64,000 bases of DNA. It comes from Escherichia coli. GTDB taxonomy: Bacteria > Pseudomonadota > Gammaproteobacteria > Enterobacterales > Enterobacteriaceae. Shown here in pieces: positions 25,783 through 39,601 of this stretch (within the stretch, counting starts at the first letter, position 1; each line of letters begins with the position of its first letter). Location: assembly GCF_013122565.1 (NCBI RefSeq), contig NZ_CP053258.1; one strand, written 5' to 3'. A program made the position numbers and the translations under genes. A model generated the notes under the pieces. The model made no database searches, was not told where the DNA came from, and was given only the letters and a program-made list of their open reading frames with translations.

Positions 25783-26655
25783 TTAGCGCCCCTTCTTTTT
25801 ACGCCCCGGCGAGGTAAAACGCTTACCGTTGGACGCCGGGCGACCGCCTTTTTCCGCCGTTTTTTCCATCTTAACGACTGGACGTTTGATGCCTAACGTT
25901 TTCGGCTTGGCCTTCGCTTTAGGTTTTGCCTCGGAAGAGGAATTTTCGATGAGCTTAAAGAGGTCGATTAACTCATCGTCAGTTAAATCGCGCCACTCAC
26001 CCAGCGGAATGCCGCTTAAGCTGACGTTCATAATGCGCGTACGTTCCAGCTTTTTCACTTCGTAACCAAAGTGTTCGCACATGCGACGGATCTGACGGTT
26101 CAGCCCCTGCACCAGGGTAATGCGGAAGACAAACGGCGCTTCTTTTTTGACTTTGCACTTTTTCGTCACCGTCCCGAGGATCGGCACTCCCGCCCCCATA
26201 CCACGAATAAATTCATCGGTAATCGGTTTATCGACCGTCACCAGATACTCTTTCTCATGATCGTTACCCGCTCGGAGGATCTTATTCACCAGATCGCCGT
26301 GATTGGTGAGGAAAATCAGCCCCTGGGAGTCTTTATCCAGCCGGCCAATCGGGAACACGCGTTTGCTGTGGTTAACGAAATCGACAATGTTATCGCGCTC
26401 GCCATCTTCGGTGGTGCTGACAATACCGACGGGCTTGTTCAGGGCGATAAGTACCAAATCTTCGGCTTCCCGAGGCTCAATTAACTGACCGTTTACTTTC
26501 ACAACGTCGCCGGGTTTCACCTGATCGCCAATGGTGGCTCGCTTGCCATTAAGGAACACATTGCCTTGCTCGATATAGCGATCCGCTTCGCGGCGTGAGC
26601 AAATTCCGCTTTCGCTGATGTATTTATTTAAACGGACTGATGAGTCGGGCAGCAT
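25783..26655 (-). CDS. rluF: 23S rRNA pseudouridine synthase F
   Basis: 290-aa ORF with S4 domain and RsuA-type catalytic region; basic Lys-rich C-terminal tail. Confidence 0.93.
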   Translation of the reverse strand: MLPDSSVRLNKYISESGICSRREADRYIEQGNVFLNGKRATIGDQVKPGDVVKVNGQLIEPREAEDLVLIALNKPVGIVSTTEDGERDNIVDFVNHSKRVFPIGRLDKDSQGLIFLTNHGDLVNKILRAGNDHEKEYLVTVDKPITDEFIRGMGAGVPILGTVTKKCKVKKEAPFVFRITLVQGLNRQIRRMCEHFGYEVKKLERTRIMNVSLSGIPLGEWRDLTDDELIDLFKLIENSSSEAKPKAKAKPKTLGIKRPVVKMEKTAEKGGRPASNGKRFTSPGRKKKGR

Positions 26656-27002
26656 AAATTCTCCTGTAAAACGCGGAATATACCGTACCTCTTAGCGGGG
26701 AAAAACAGGGTTATGCGGCAACGTCGAAATTAAATGTGATCTGCCACGCCTTTTATCACAAAAGTGTCTCCGGAAGTACGATGCAAATTTGCCTGGCAAA
26801 ATAAGGATAATCAACATATTACGAATCGCTGCACACCTGTGCTGATGACTACTACGCAGAGAAACAAATGTGCAAGAGAAAGCGCTATTTCTCCCCATGC
26901 AAAGAGTGAAAAATCGCTTTGAAAGGCCCTCATGATGGGGTTATATCAGATCAAGCGGTGAGAAAGCGTATTTGCACAGATGTGCAGAACCAGGAGGCGG
27001 CA

Positions 27003-27950
27003 ATGGAAAACAGTGACGATATCCGTTTGATTGTGAAGATTGCCCAACTCTATTACGAACAGGATATGACGCAGGCGCAAATCGCGCGCGAACTGGGTAT
27101 TTACCGCACCACCATCAGCCGCTTGCTTAAACGAGGCCGCGATCAGGGAATTGTCACCATCGCCATCAACTATGACTACAACGAAAATCTCTGGCTCGAG
27201 CAGCAACTGAAGCAAAAGTTTGGCCTGAAAGACGTTGTGGTGGTGTCGGGAAATGATGAGGATGAAGAGACTCAACTGGCGATGATGGGGTTACACGGCG
27301 CGCAACTGCTGGATCGCTTGCTGGAGCCTGGCGATATTGTCGGTTTTTCCTGGGGTCGCGCGGTGAGCGCACTGGTTGAAAACTTGCCGCAGGCGGGGCA
27401 ATCGCGGCAGTTAATCTGCGTACCAATTATTGGCGGACCGTCCGGTAAACTCGAAAGCCGCTATCACGTAAACACATTAACCTACAGCGCGGCAGCGAAG
27501 CTGAAAGGGGAATCGCATCTCGCGGATTTTCCGGCTCTGCTGGATAACCCATTAATTCGTAATGGGATCATGCAGTCTCAGCACTTTAAAACCATCTCTG
27601 CCTACTGGGATAATCTGGATGTCGCCCTGGTGGGAATTGGCTCACCGGCCATTCGCGACGGCGCTAACTGGCATGCGTTTTATGGTGGTGAAGAGAGTGA
27701 CGACCTGAATGCCCGCCAGGTTGCTGACGATATTTGCTCGCGCTTTTTTGATATTCACGGCGCAATGGTTGAAACGAATATGAGCGAAAAAACACTCTCT
27801 ATCGAAATGAATAAATTAAAGCAGGCGCGGTATTCCATTGGCATTGCCATGAGTGAAGAAAAATACAGCGGAATTGTTGGTGCACTGCGTGGAAAATATA
27901 TTAATTGTCTGGTAACGAATAGCAGCACAGCTGAACTATTACTGAAATAA
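27003..27950 (+). CDS. sorC: SorC-family transcriptional regulator of the sorbose operon
   Basis: ORF-track entry 26919-27950; start at ATG 27003 with RBS caggagg (MENSDDIRLIVKIAQLYYEQDMTQAQIAREL... HTH plus sugar-binding domain), 315 aa. Confidence 0.8.
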   Translation: MENSDDIRLIVKIAQLYYEQDMTQAQIARELGIYRTTISRLLKRGRDQGIVTIAINYDYNENLWLEQQLKQKFGLKDVVVVSGNDEDEETQLAMMGLHGAQLLDRLLEPGDIVGFSWGRAVSALVENLPQAGQSRQLICVPIIGGPSGKLESRYHVNTLTYSAAAKLKGESHLADFPALLDNPLIRNGIMQSQHFKTISAYWDNLDVALVGIGSPAIRDGANWHAFYGGEESDDLNARQVADDICSRFFDIHGAMVETNMSEKTLSIEMNKLKQARYSIGIAMSEEKYSGIVGALRGKYINCLVTNSSTAELLLK

Positions 27951-28019
27951 AAATCTTCCCGATGTTTACCGTAATAAAAATTACGGCGGGTCCCTATTAT
28001 CTAAAATCAGGAGTCTGTT

Positions 28020-28826
28020 ATGCAAACGTGGTTAAATTTGCAGGATAAAATCATTATCGTCACCGGCGGCGCATCCGGTATTGGTCTGGCGATTGTAGAG
28101 GAATTATTATCACAAGGCGCAAACGTACAGATGGTAGATATTCACGGTGGCGATGGTCAATATGAAGGTCATAAAGGCTATCAGTTTTGGCCGACCGATA
28201 TTTCCAGCGCCAAAGAGGTAAATCATACGGTAGCGGAAATTATTCAGCGTTTTGGTCGCATCGACGGTCTGGTCAATAACGCCGGGGTCAATTTCCCGCG
28301 TCTGCTGGTCGATGAGAAAGCGCCTGCCGGGCAGTATGAACTCAACGAAGCTGCATTCGAAAAAATGGTCAATATCAACCAGAAAGGCGTTTTTCTGATG
28401 TCGCAGGCGGTGGCGCGACAGATGGTCAAACAACATGATGGCGTGATTGTGAATGTTTCCTCAGAAAGTGGACTGGAAGGCTCAGAAGGCCAAAGCTGTT
28501 ACGCCGCTACCAAAGCCGCGCTCAATAGCTTCACGCGCTCCTGGTCGAAAGAATTGGGTAAACACGGTATCCGTGTGGTCGGTATCGCGCCCGGGATTCT
28601 GGAAAAAACCGGGCTACGCACGCCGGAATATGAAGAGGCGCTGGCGTGGACGCGCAATATCACCGTCGAGCAGCTGCGTGAAGGCTATACCAAAAACGCC
28701 ATTCCTATTGGGCGCGCCGGAAGATTAGCAGAAGTCGCTGATTTTGTTTGTTATCTGCTGTCTGAACGCGCCAGCTACATCACCGGAGTAACCACTAACA
28801 TTGCGGGCGGCAAAACACGCGGATAA
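28020..28826 (+). CDS. sorD: Short-chain dehydrogenase, sorbitol(glucitol)-6-phosphate dehydrogenase type
   Basis: 268-aa SDR with TGGASGIGLA Rossmann motif and YxxxK catalytic motif; RBS aggag. Confidence 0.8.
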   Translation: MQTWLNLQDKIIIVTGGASGIGLAIVEELLSQGANVQMVDIHGGDGQYEGHKGYQFWPTDISSAKEVNHTVAEIIQRFGRIDGLVNNAGVNFPRLLVDEKAPAGQYELNEAAFEKMVNINQKGVFLMSQAVARQMVKQHDGVIVNVSSESGLEGSEGQSCYAATKAALNSFTRSWSKELGKHGIRVVGIAPGILEKTGLRTPEYEEALAWTRNITVEQLREGYTKNAIPIGRAGRLAEVADFVCYLLSERASYITGVTTNIAGGKTRG

Positions 28827-28835
28827 GGAGGCTTT

Positions 28836-29243
28836 ATGGTCAACGCCATTTTTTGTGCCCACGGCAAATTAGCTTGCGCCATGCTGGAATCGGTTCAGAT
28901 GGTTTACGGCAACGCCAATGTTGAAGCCGTTGAATTTGTGCCCGGTGAAAACGCCGGAGACATCGTAGCAAAGCTGGAAAAGTTAGTAAGCATTCACAAT
29001 CAAGATGAGTGGCTGATTGCCGTGGATTTACAGTGCGGCAGCCCGTGGAATGCGGCAGCGATGCTTGCGATGCGCAATCCTCGTCTGCGGGTAATCAGCG
29101 GCCTTGCTCTGCCGCTGGCGCTCGAACTGGTTGATAACCAGGACAGCATGAATGTTGATGAACTGTGTGAACACCTGACGCAAATCGCAAAGCAATCCTG
29201 CGTCGTCTGGAGACAGGTGGCAACGGCAGAGGAGGATTTCTGA
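28836..29243 (+). CDS. sorF: PTS mannose/sorbose-family EIIA component
   Basis: 135-aa ORF MVNAIFCAHGKLACAMLESVQMVYG...; RBS aaggagg. Confidence 0.8.
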   Translation: MVNAIFCAHGKLACAMLESVQMVYGNANVEAVEFVPGENAGDIVAKLEKLVSIHNQDEWLIAVDLQCGSPWNAAAMLAMRNPRLRVISGLALPLALELVDNQDSMNVDELCEHLTQIAKQSCVVWRQVATAEEDF

Positions 29244-29737
29244 TGAACATTACGCTCGCCCGCATTGATGACCGCCTGATCCACGGTCAGGTCACTACCG
29301 TCTGGTCGAAAGTGGCTAACGCCCAGCGCATTATTATCTGCAATGACGAAGTTTATAACGATGAAGTTCGCCGGACATTATTGCGTCAGGCTGCGCCACC
29401 GGGAATGAAGGTTAACGTGGTCAATATTGAAAAAGCCGTCGCTGTTTATCACAACCCGCAATATCAGGACGAAACCGTTTTTTATCTTTTTACTCGCCCA
29501 CAGGATGCCTTAGCGATGGTTCGCCAGGGGGTAAAAATAGGCACCCTGAATATTGGCGGCATGGCCTGGCGGCCCGGTAAAAAACAGTTAACCAAAGCGG
29601 TTTCATTAGATGATGATGATATTAACGCATTTCATGAGTTAAATAATCTTGGTGTCATACTGGATTTACGCGTCGTAGCGTCAGATCCCTCAATCAATAT
29701 TATCGACAAAATAAACGAACAGTTAATCGCAAATTAA
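29243..29737 (+). CDS. sorB: PTS mannose/sorbose-family EIIB component
   Basis: 164-aa ORF MNITLARIDDRLIHGQVTTVW...; start overlaps the sorF stop (TGATG). Confidence 0.8.
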   Translation: MNITLARIDDRLIHGQVTTVWSKVANAQRIIICNDEVYNDEVRRTLLRQAAPPGMKVNVVNIEKAVAVYHNPQYQDETVFYLFTRPQDALAMVRQGVKIGTLNIGGMAWRPGKKQLTKAVSLDDDDINAFHELNNLGVILDLRVVASDPSINIIDKINEQLIAN

Positions 29738-29802
29738 ATAATAGCGCCTGTGTACATATGCTTTAACAGGCAGGGATGACGACACTTAAAAGGTGACAAA
29801 TC

Positions 29803-30591
29803 ATGGAAATAAGTACCCTACAAATCATTGCTATATTTCTTTTTTCCTGTATTGCCGGAATGGGCAGTGTGCTGGATGAATTTCAGACTCATCGCCCGTT
29901 AATTGCCTGTACGGTGATTGGTTTAATTCTCGGTGATTTAAAAACCGGAATAATACTCGGTGGTACGCTGGAATTGATAGCTCTCGGCTGGATGAACGTC
30001 GGCGCGGCACAATCTCCGGATTCTGCACTCGCCAGCATAATCTCCGCCATTCTGGTTATCGTTGGTCAGCAAAGCATCGCCACCGGAATCGCCATCGCGT
30101 TGCCTGTGGCTGCGGCAGGCCAGGTGCTGACGGTGTTTGCCCGTACCATCACCGTAGTGTTCCAGCACGCGGCGGATAAAGCAGCGGAAGAAGCACGGTT
30201 TCGCACTCTCGATATTCTGCATGTCTCCGCGCTTGGCGTGCAGGCGCTGCGCGTTGCTATTCCGGCACTGATTGTCTCGCTGTTCGTCAGCGCCGATATG
30301 GTCAGCAATATGTTAAACGCCATTCCCGAATTTGTGACCCGAGGTCTGCAAATTGCTGGCGGTTTTATCGTGGTGGTCGGTTACGCCATGGTGCTACGTA
30401 TGATGGGCGTGAAATATTTGATGCCTTTCGGTTTCCTCGCAGGTGGCTACCTCGATCTCAGTCTGCTGGCGTTCGGTGGCGTCGGCGTGATCATGGCCCT
30501 GGTCTACATCCAGCTAAATCCACAGTGGCGTAAAGCTGAACCTCAACTCCAGGCCACCGCCTCCACCGCCCTTGACCAACTTGACGATTAA
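29803..30591 (+). CDS. sorA: PTS mannose/sorbose-family EIIC component
   Basis: 262-aa hydrophobic ORF MEISTLQIIAIFLFSCIAGMGSVLDEF... Confidence 0.8.
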   Translation: MEISTLQIIAIFLFSCIAGMGSVLDEFQTHRPLIACTVIGLILGDLKTGIILGGTLELIALGWMNVGAAQSPDSALASIISAILVIVGQQSIATGIAIALPVAAAGQVLTVFARTITVVFQHAADKAAEEARFRTLDILHVSALGVQALRVAIPALIVSLFVSADMVSNMLNAIPEFVTRGLQIAGGFIVVVGYAMVLRMMGVKYLMPFGFLAGGYLDLSLLAFGGVGVIMALVYIQLNPQWRKAEPQLQATASTALDQLDD

Positions 30592-30601
30592 CGGAGCCAT
30601 C

Positions 30602-31426
30602 ATGGAACAGAGAAAAATTACACGCAGCGATCTGGTGAGCATGTTTCTGCGCTCCAACCTGCAACAGGCGTCCTTTAACTTTGAACGTATTCACGGGCTG
30701 GGTTTTTGCTACGACATGATCCCCGCCATCAAGCGACTTTACCCATTAAAAGAGGATCAGGTTGCGGCGCTCAGGCGACACCTGGTGTTCTTTAATACCA
30801 CGCCAGCCGTATGTGGCCCGGTCATCGGCGTCACTGCCGCCATGGAAGAGGCGCGGGCCAACGGCGCGGAAATTGATGACGGTACCATTAACGGCATCAA
30901 AGTCGGCCTGATGGGACCGTTGGCAGGGGTTGGCGATCCACTGGTCTGGGGAACGCTGCGCCCGATTACCGCCGCGCTCGGCGCATCTCTGGCACTTTCT
31001 GGCAACATCCTCGGCCCGCTTTTGTTTTTCTTTATTTTCAATGCGGTGCGTCTGGCGATGAAGTGGTATGGCCTACAGCTCGGCTTTCGCAAAGGGGTGA
31101 ATATCGTCAGCGATATGGGCGGGAATGTGCTGCAAAAACTCACCGAAGGCGCGTCGATTCTCGGACTGTTTGTGATGGGCGTGCTGGTGACCAAATGGAC
31201 GTCAATCAACGTACCGTTGGTGGTTTCACAAACGCATGCCGCCGATGGCTCCACCGTCACCATGACCGTGCAGAACATTCTCGACCAACTTTGCCCTGGT
31301 TTGCTGGCGCTCGGTCTGACGCTACTAATGGTTCGTCTGCTCAACAAAAAAATTAACCCGGTATGGCTGATTTTCGCCCTGTTTGGCTTAGGGATTATCG
31401 GCAATGCGCTGGGCTTCCTGTCCTGA
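30602..31426 (+). CDS. sorM: PTS mannose/sorbose-family EIID component
   Basis: ORF-track entry 30572-31426; start at ATG 30602 with RBS acggag (MEQRKITRSDLVSMFLRSNLQQASFNFERIHGLGF...), 274 aa. Confidence 0.8.
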   Translation: MEQRKITRSDLVSMFLRSNLQQASFNFERIHGLGFCYDMIPAIKRLYPLKEDQVAALRRHLVFFNTTPAVCGPVIGVTAAMEEARANGAEIDDGTINGIKVGLMGPLAGVGDPLVWGTLRPITAALGASLALSGNILGPLLFFFIFNAVRLAMKWYGLQLGFRKGVNIVSDMGGNVLQKLTEGASILGLFVMGVLVTKWTSINVPLVVSQTHAADGSTVTMTVQNILDQLCPGLLALGLTLLMVRLLNKKINPVWLIFALFGLGIIGNALGFLS

Positions 31427-31477
31427 TTCTTCGCCCCGGCACGACTGCCGGGGCCATCGCTCAACATGAGGTGGTTT

Positions 31478-32707
31478 ATGAAAACAACAGCTCTGCGTCT
31501 TTATGGTAAACGTGATTTACGCCTGGAAACCTTTGATCTTCCTGAAATGCAGGAGGATGAAATCCTCGCGACGGTGGTCACTGACAGCCTGTGCCTCTCT
31601 TCCTGGAAAGAGGCCAACCTGGGTGAAAACCATAAAAAAGTACCCGACGATGTGGCGACCAACCCCATCATCATCGGCCACGAGTTTTGCGGCGATATTC
31701 TGGCCGTGGGTAAAAAGTGGCAGCACAAATTTCAGCCGGGCCAGCGCTATGTGATTCAGGCCAACCTGCAATTGCCGGATCGCCCGGACTGCCCCGGCTA
31801 CTCCTTCCCGTGGGTGGGCGGTGAAGCCACACATGTGGTTATCCCAAATGAGGTTATGGAACAAGATTGCCTGCTGGCATACGACGGCGAAACCTATTTT
31901 GAAGGCTCGCTGGTTGAACCGCTTTCCTGCGTGATTGGCGCGTTCAACGCCAACTATCATCTTCAGGAAGGTAGTTATAACCACACGATGGGGATTCGCC
32001 CGCAAGGGCGCACGCTGATCCTCGGCGGCACCGGACCAATGGGACTGTTGGCGATTGATTATGCGCTGCATGGACCAGTTAACCCGTCGCTGCTCGTCAT
32101 TACCGATACCGACAACGACAAATTGAGTTATGCGCGCAAGTACTATCCATCAGAACCGCAAACACTGATTCATTATCTCAATGCCGCCGATGCAGCATTT
32201 GGTACGTTAATGGCACTGAGTGGCGGTCACGGCTTCGATGATATTTTCGTCTTTGTGCCTAATGAAGGACTGGTGACTCTCGCCTCTTCCTTGCTGGCGA
32301 CAGATGGTTGCCTGAATTTCTTCGCCGGACCGCAGGATAAACATTTCAGCGCGCCAATTAATTTCTACGATGTGCATTATGCATTTACCCACTACGTGGG
32401 CACGTCAGGCGGCAATACCGACGACATGCGCGCGGCGGTCAAACTGATCGAAGAGAAAAAAGTGCAGGCCGCAAAAGTGGTAACACATATTCTTGGGCTG
32501 AATGCCGCGGGCGAAACCACGCTTGAATTGCCTGCCGTCGGCGGCGGCAAAAAGCTGGTGTATACCGGGAAATACCTGCCGCTGACGTCACTCACGCAGA
32601 TTCAGGATCAAGCACTGGCGGCGATTCTGGCGCGTCATCAGGGGATCTGGTCCGGTGAGGCGGAGCAATACCTGCTCGCCCATGCAGAAGCAATTTCCCA
32701 TGATTAA
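31478..32707 (+). CDS. sorE: Zn-dependent MDR-family dehydrogenase, sorbose-1-phosphate reductase type
   Basis: ORF-track entry 31466-32707; start at ATG 31478 with RBS gaggtgg (MKTTALRLYGKRDLRLETF...GHEFCGDI...), 409 aa. Confidence 0.8.
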   Translation: MKTTALRLYGKRDLRLETFDLPEMQEDEILATVVTDSLCLSSWKEANLGENHKKVPDDVATNPIIIGHEFCGDILAVGKKWQHKFQPGQRYVIQANLQLPDRPDCPGYSFPWVGGEATHVVIPNEVMEQDCLLAYDGETYFEGSLVEPLSCVIGAFNANYHLQEGSYNHTMGIRPQGRTLILGGTGPMGLLAIDYALHGPVNPSLLVITDTDNDKLSYARKYYPSEPQTLIHYLNAADAAFGTLMALSGGHGFDDIFVFVPNEGLVTLASSLLATDGCLNFFAGPQDKHFSAPINFYDVHYAFTHYVGTSGGNTDDMRAAVKLIEEKKVQAAKVVTHILGLNAAGETTLELPAVGGGKKLVYTGKYLPLTSLTQIQDQALAAILARHQGIWSGEAEQYLLAHAEAISHD

Positions 32708-32865
32708 TCGCGCTACTTAACTCTGCATGTCGCTGGCTGGTCGCCGCGGCAACTTCGCGACCTGATGTGCGGCTGATTGCAGAAGCGGCACAATGTGCAC
32801 GAGAAGGATAAAAAACATCAGCGCCTTAAGGGGCGCTCAAATTGGTAGCAAAGTGCACATTGTTT

Positions 32866-32975
32866 ATGCCGGATGCGGAATGAAGCCTTATTCGGTCTAC
32901 ATAATTTTGAAAATTCAATATATTGCAGTTATCTGGTAGGCCTGGTAAGCGTAGCGCATCAGGCAATGCTGTGTT
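32866..32975. repeat. REP elements between sorE and pepE
   Basis: gccggatgcggaatgaagccttattcggtctaca ... taggcctggtaagcgtagcgcatcaggca. Confidence 0.6.
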
Positions 32976-33088
32976 TGTCATCAGTCTCAGCGCCCGGTGC
33001 AATACGTGACATCGTGAGCCATGTCAGTAAGTGGTTAAATTCGCAGTGGTAGCATTCCTTCCGTGATTTCTTGCTAACCGGAGAAGTA

Positions 33089-33778
33089 ATGGAACTGCTT
33101 TTATTGAGTAACTCGACGCTGCCGGGTAAAGCCTGGCTGGAACATGCACTGCCGCTAATTGCTGAACAGTTGCAGGGTCGCCGCTCAGCGGTGTTTATCC
33201 CTTTCGCTGGCGTAACGCAGACCTGGGATGATTACACAGAGAAAACGGCTGCGGTTCTCGCTCCGCTGGGTGTTTCTGTCACCGGTATTCATAGCGTTGT
33301 CGATCCCGTTGCCGCGATTGAAAATGCTGAGATCGTGATTGTCGGCGGCGGGAATACTTTCCAGTTGCTGAAACAGTGCCGCGAGCGCGGGCTGCTGGCA
33401 CCAATTACTGACGTGGTTAAACGTGGCGCACTGTATATTGGTTGGAGCGCAGGCGCTAACCTTGCTTGCCCAACCATTCGTACCACCAACGATATGCCGA
33501 TTGTCGATCCGCAAGGTTTCGATGCGCTGAATCTGTTCCCGCTGCAAATCAACCCGCACTTCACCAACGCGCTGCCGGAAGGCCATAAAGGTGAAACCCG
33601 TGAACAGCGTATTCGCGAACTGCTGGTCGTCGCGCCAGAACTCACAATTATTGGTCTACCGGAAGGTAACTGGATCACAGTGAGTAAAGGTCACGCAACG
33701 CTGGGTGGCCCGAACACCACTTATGTGTTTAAGGCTGGTGAAGAAGCGGTTCCGCTGGAAGCGGGTCACCGTTTTTAA
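33089..33778 (+). CDS. pepE: Peptidase E (alpha-aspartyl dipeptidase)
   Basis: ORF-track entry 33071-33778; start at ATG 33089 ([29 protein letters not shown]...), 229 aa. Confidence 0.93.
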   Translation: MELLLLSNSTLPGKAWLEHALPLIAEQLQGRRSAVFIPFAGVTQTWDDYTEKTAAVLAPLGVSVTGIHSVVDPVAAIENAEIVIVGGGNTFQLLKQCRERGLLAPITDVVKRGALYIGWSAGANLACPTIRTTNDMPIVDPQGFDALNLFPLQINPHFTNALPEGHKGETREQRIRELLVVAPELTIIGLPEGNWITVSKGHATLGGPNTTYVFKAGEEAVPLEAGHRF

Positions 33779-33784
33779 ATGAAT

Positions 33785-33857
33785 TGCCGGATGCATGATC
33801 CGGCATCTTGTTCATAGTGCCTGATGCGACGCTTTACGCGTCTTATCAGGCCTACAG
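33785..33857. repeat. REP element between pepE and yjbB
   Basis: gccggatgcatgatccggca ... gcctgatgcgacgctttacgcgtcttatcaggcctaca. Confidence 0.6.
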
Positions 33858-33867
33858 GGTCACGGTA

Positions 33868-35499
33868 TTAATACTCGTCCCGTCCTTCATCTTCATCCGG
33901 CTGTTCCAGCACACTGTAAGCCACCGAACAAAACAGCGAGTTCAGACGCTGCATATCTCCCAGTAAGCCTAAATGTAGCGAACTGGTTTCAATGCTCTGC
34001 ACGTTTTGCTGATGCAGGCGATCGACGTGGGCGTGGGAATAGCGGCGATTAAGAATGCGAAAGCGATGCTTGCTGCGGCGCAAACGACGGGCGCTGGTAA
34101 CATCACCAGAGAAGAAAACCGACATTGCCAGTTTTAAATTACTGAGCAATTGCTCATAGAGCGCATCCAGTTCCTTCAAGCCATCAAGCGAAAATGCCCG
34201 CCGTGCTGCCAGCGATTTATCGGCAATTTCGCTCCCCATGCGCTCGACGATATCGGAGGCCTGTTCAAGGTTGAGCGACATTTCGATGATCTCCGCCCAG
34301 CGGCGCGACTCTTCCTCCGCCAGCTCTTCTTTTGGCATCCGCGCCAGATACAGCTTAATGGCGGTATAGAGAACGTTGATATCATCTGCCAGTTTACGCA
34401 GCTCTTTCTCCTGCCGTGGCTCGCCGTGCATCACTTTATTCAGCCCTTCCATCATCTGTTCCATGGCGTCGCCAATGCGCAGGGTTTCGCGCGCGGCGTT
34501 CGCCAGAGCAAGCGTGGGCGTATCCAGCGCGCTGACATCCAGATGTTTGGGCCGTAGCTGGGTATCCAGTTCCGGTTCATCGCGAATAATCGTTTTGCAA
34601 AACCGTGCCATCGGGTCAACAAATGGCAGCATGACCAGGCAACGTACAAGGTTGTAGAAGACGTGGAAATAGATCACCAGTTCCGCTTTTGGCAATGACA
34701 ACTTCCCCATTGTCTCTGCCAGCAAATGGACAAACGGCAGGATAATCAGGCTACCCACCAGCTTAAACAGCAAACTACCCAGCGCGACACGGCGGGCTGC
34801 GGCATTGGCGGCACTGTTGTTGAGCATCGCCAGCAGGCCGGAACCGAGGTTAGCACCAATCACCAGACAGAGCGCCACGGGGAAGGAGATAATGCCTGCG
34901 GCGGTCAGAGTCGCAGTCAGCAGTACAGCAGCAAGGCTGGAGTAGCTGATAATGGCGAACATCGCGCCAATCAGCGCATCCAGCAGAATATCGCCGGTCA
35001 GCGAGGCAAAGATCACCTGAACGCCGTTTGCCTGGGTGATCGGCGTTACGGCCTGCACAATCAACTCCAGCGCCAGCAAAATCAGCCCAAGACCAATACC
35101 GACGCGGCCCAGTTGCCCGGCGCGTGACTGTTTGCGTCCGAGGAAAAAAATCACGCCGATAAAAATAAGTAACGGTGACAGCCAGGATAAGTCGAAGGTG
35201 AGAATACGCGCCATTAGCGCCGTCCCGACATCTGCCCCCAGCACAATGACCAGAGCCGGTGCGAGGGCTACCAGATCCTGAGCGACGAACGAGGTCACCA
35301 GCATGGTGGTGGCATTACTGCTCTGTACCAGTGCGGTAACGCCGATCCCCGCGCAAAAGGCGAGCGGCTTTTTTTCGACGCTCCGGCTAAGGACAGTACG
35401 CAAACGCGCGCCGAAGACGCGCATTACGCCGGTTCGAACAATATGAGTCCCCCAGACCAGCAGGGCGACGGCAGAAAGCAGGTGAAGCAGCGTTAACAC
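33868..35499 (-). CDS. yjbB: Na/Pi-cotransporter-family membrane protein with PhoU-like domain
   Basis: 543-aa ORF MLTLLHLLSAVALLVWGTHIVRTGVMRVFGARLRTVL... Confidence 0.9.
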   Translation of the reverse strand: MLTLLHLLSAVALLVWGTHIVRTGVMRVFGARLRTVLSRSVEKKPLAFCAGIGVTALVQSSNATTMLVTSFVAQDLVALAPALVIVLGADVGTALMARILTFDLSWLSPLLIFIGVIFFLGRKQSRAGQLGRVGIGLGLILLALELIVQAVTPITQANGVQVIFASLTGDILLDALIGAMFAIISYSSLAAVLLTATLTAAGIISFPVALCLVIGANLGSGLLAMLNNSAANAAARRVALGSLLFKLVGSLIILPFVHLLAETMGKLSLPKAELVIYFHVFYNLVRCLVMLPFVDPMARFCKTIIRDEPELDTQLRPKHLDVSALDTPTLALANAARETLRIGDAMEQMMEGLNKVMHGEPRQEKELRKLADDINVLYTAIKLYLARMPKEELAEEESRRWAEIIEMSLNLEQASDIVERMGSEIADKSLAARRAFSLDGLKELDALYEQLLSNLKLAMSVFFSGDVTSARRLRRSKHRFRILNRRYSHAHVDRLHQQNVQSIETSSLHLGLLGDMQRLNSLFCSVAYSVLEQPDEDEGRDEY

Positions 35500-35651
35500 G
35501 AGTTCAGGTTCTCCTTATCGTTATATGTTCCTGAAGCAATTGAATGACCAAAGGACCGGAAACACGCTGACTGGCATCTTTACTGTGCCTTTTGACATTC
35601 GTTTTTCCGGCTAAGATTATTCCAGCCTGTTTCCAGTATAAGTGTTTCATA

Positions 35652-35687
35652 TTAATAAAGAGACAGGGCACTCATTGAGCGCCCTGT
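35652..35687 (-). terminator. Probable rho-independent terminator downstream of metH
   Basis: Minus-strand RNA forms acagggcgctcaatgagtgccctgt hairpin followed by a U-rich tract. Confidence 0.5.
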
Positions 35688-35718
35688 TTGTTGTAAGGAA
35701 AAGTGACAGATTTGTGAA

Positions 35719-39402
<3,684 letters not shown>

Positions 39403-39601
39403 ACTTGCTCCCGACACGCTCAACCCAGATTTAATAAAAATTCAACAAACCATACTGGCATAAACGCATCTGTGGTAAAAGCAACCACTACCCAACATGA
39501 GATTTGTTCAACATTAACTCATCGGATCAGTTCAGCAACTATTGCATTAGCTAACAATAAAAATGAAAATGATTTCCACGATACAGAAAAAGGAGACTGT
39601 C

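Noticed and set aside
39403-39601. MetR binding site (TGAA-N5-TTCA) in the metH-iclR intergenic region
   Set aside because: Several partial matches but none clean enough to assign coordinates without a scoring matrix.
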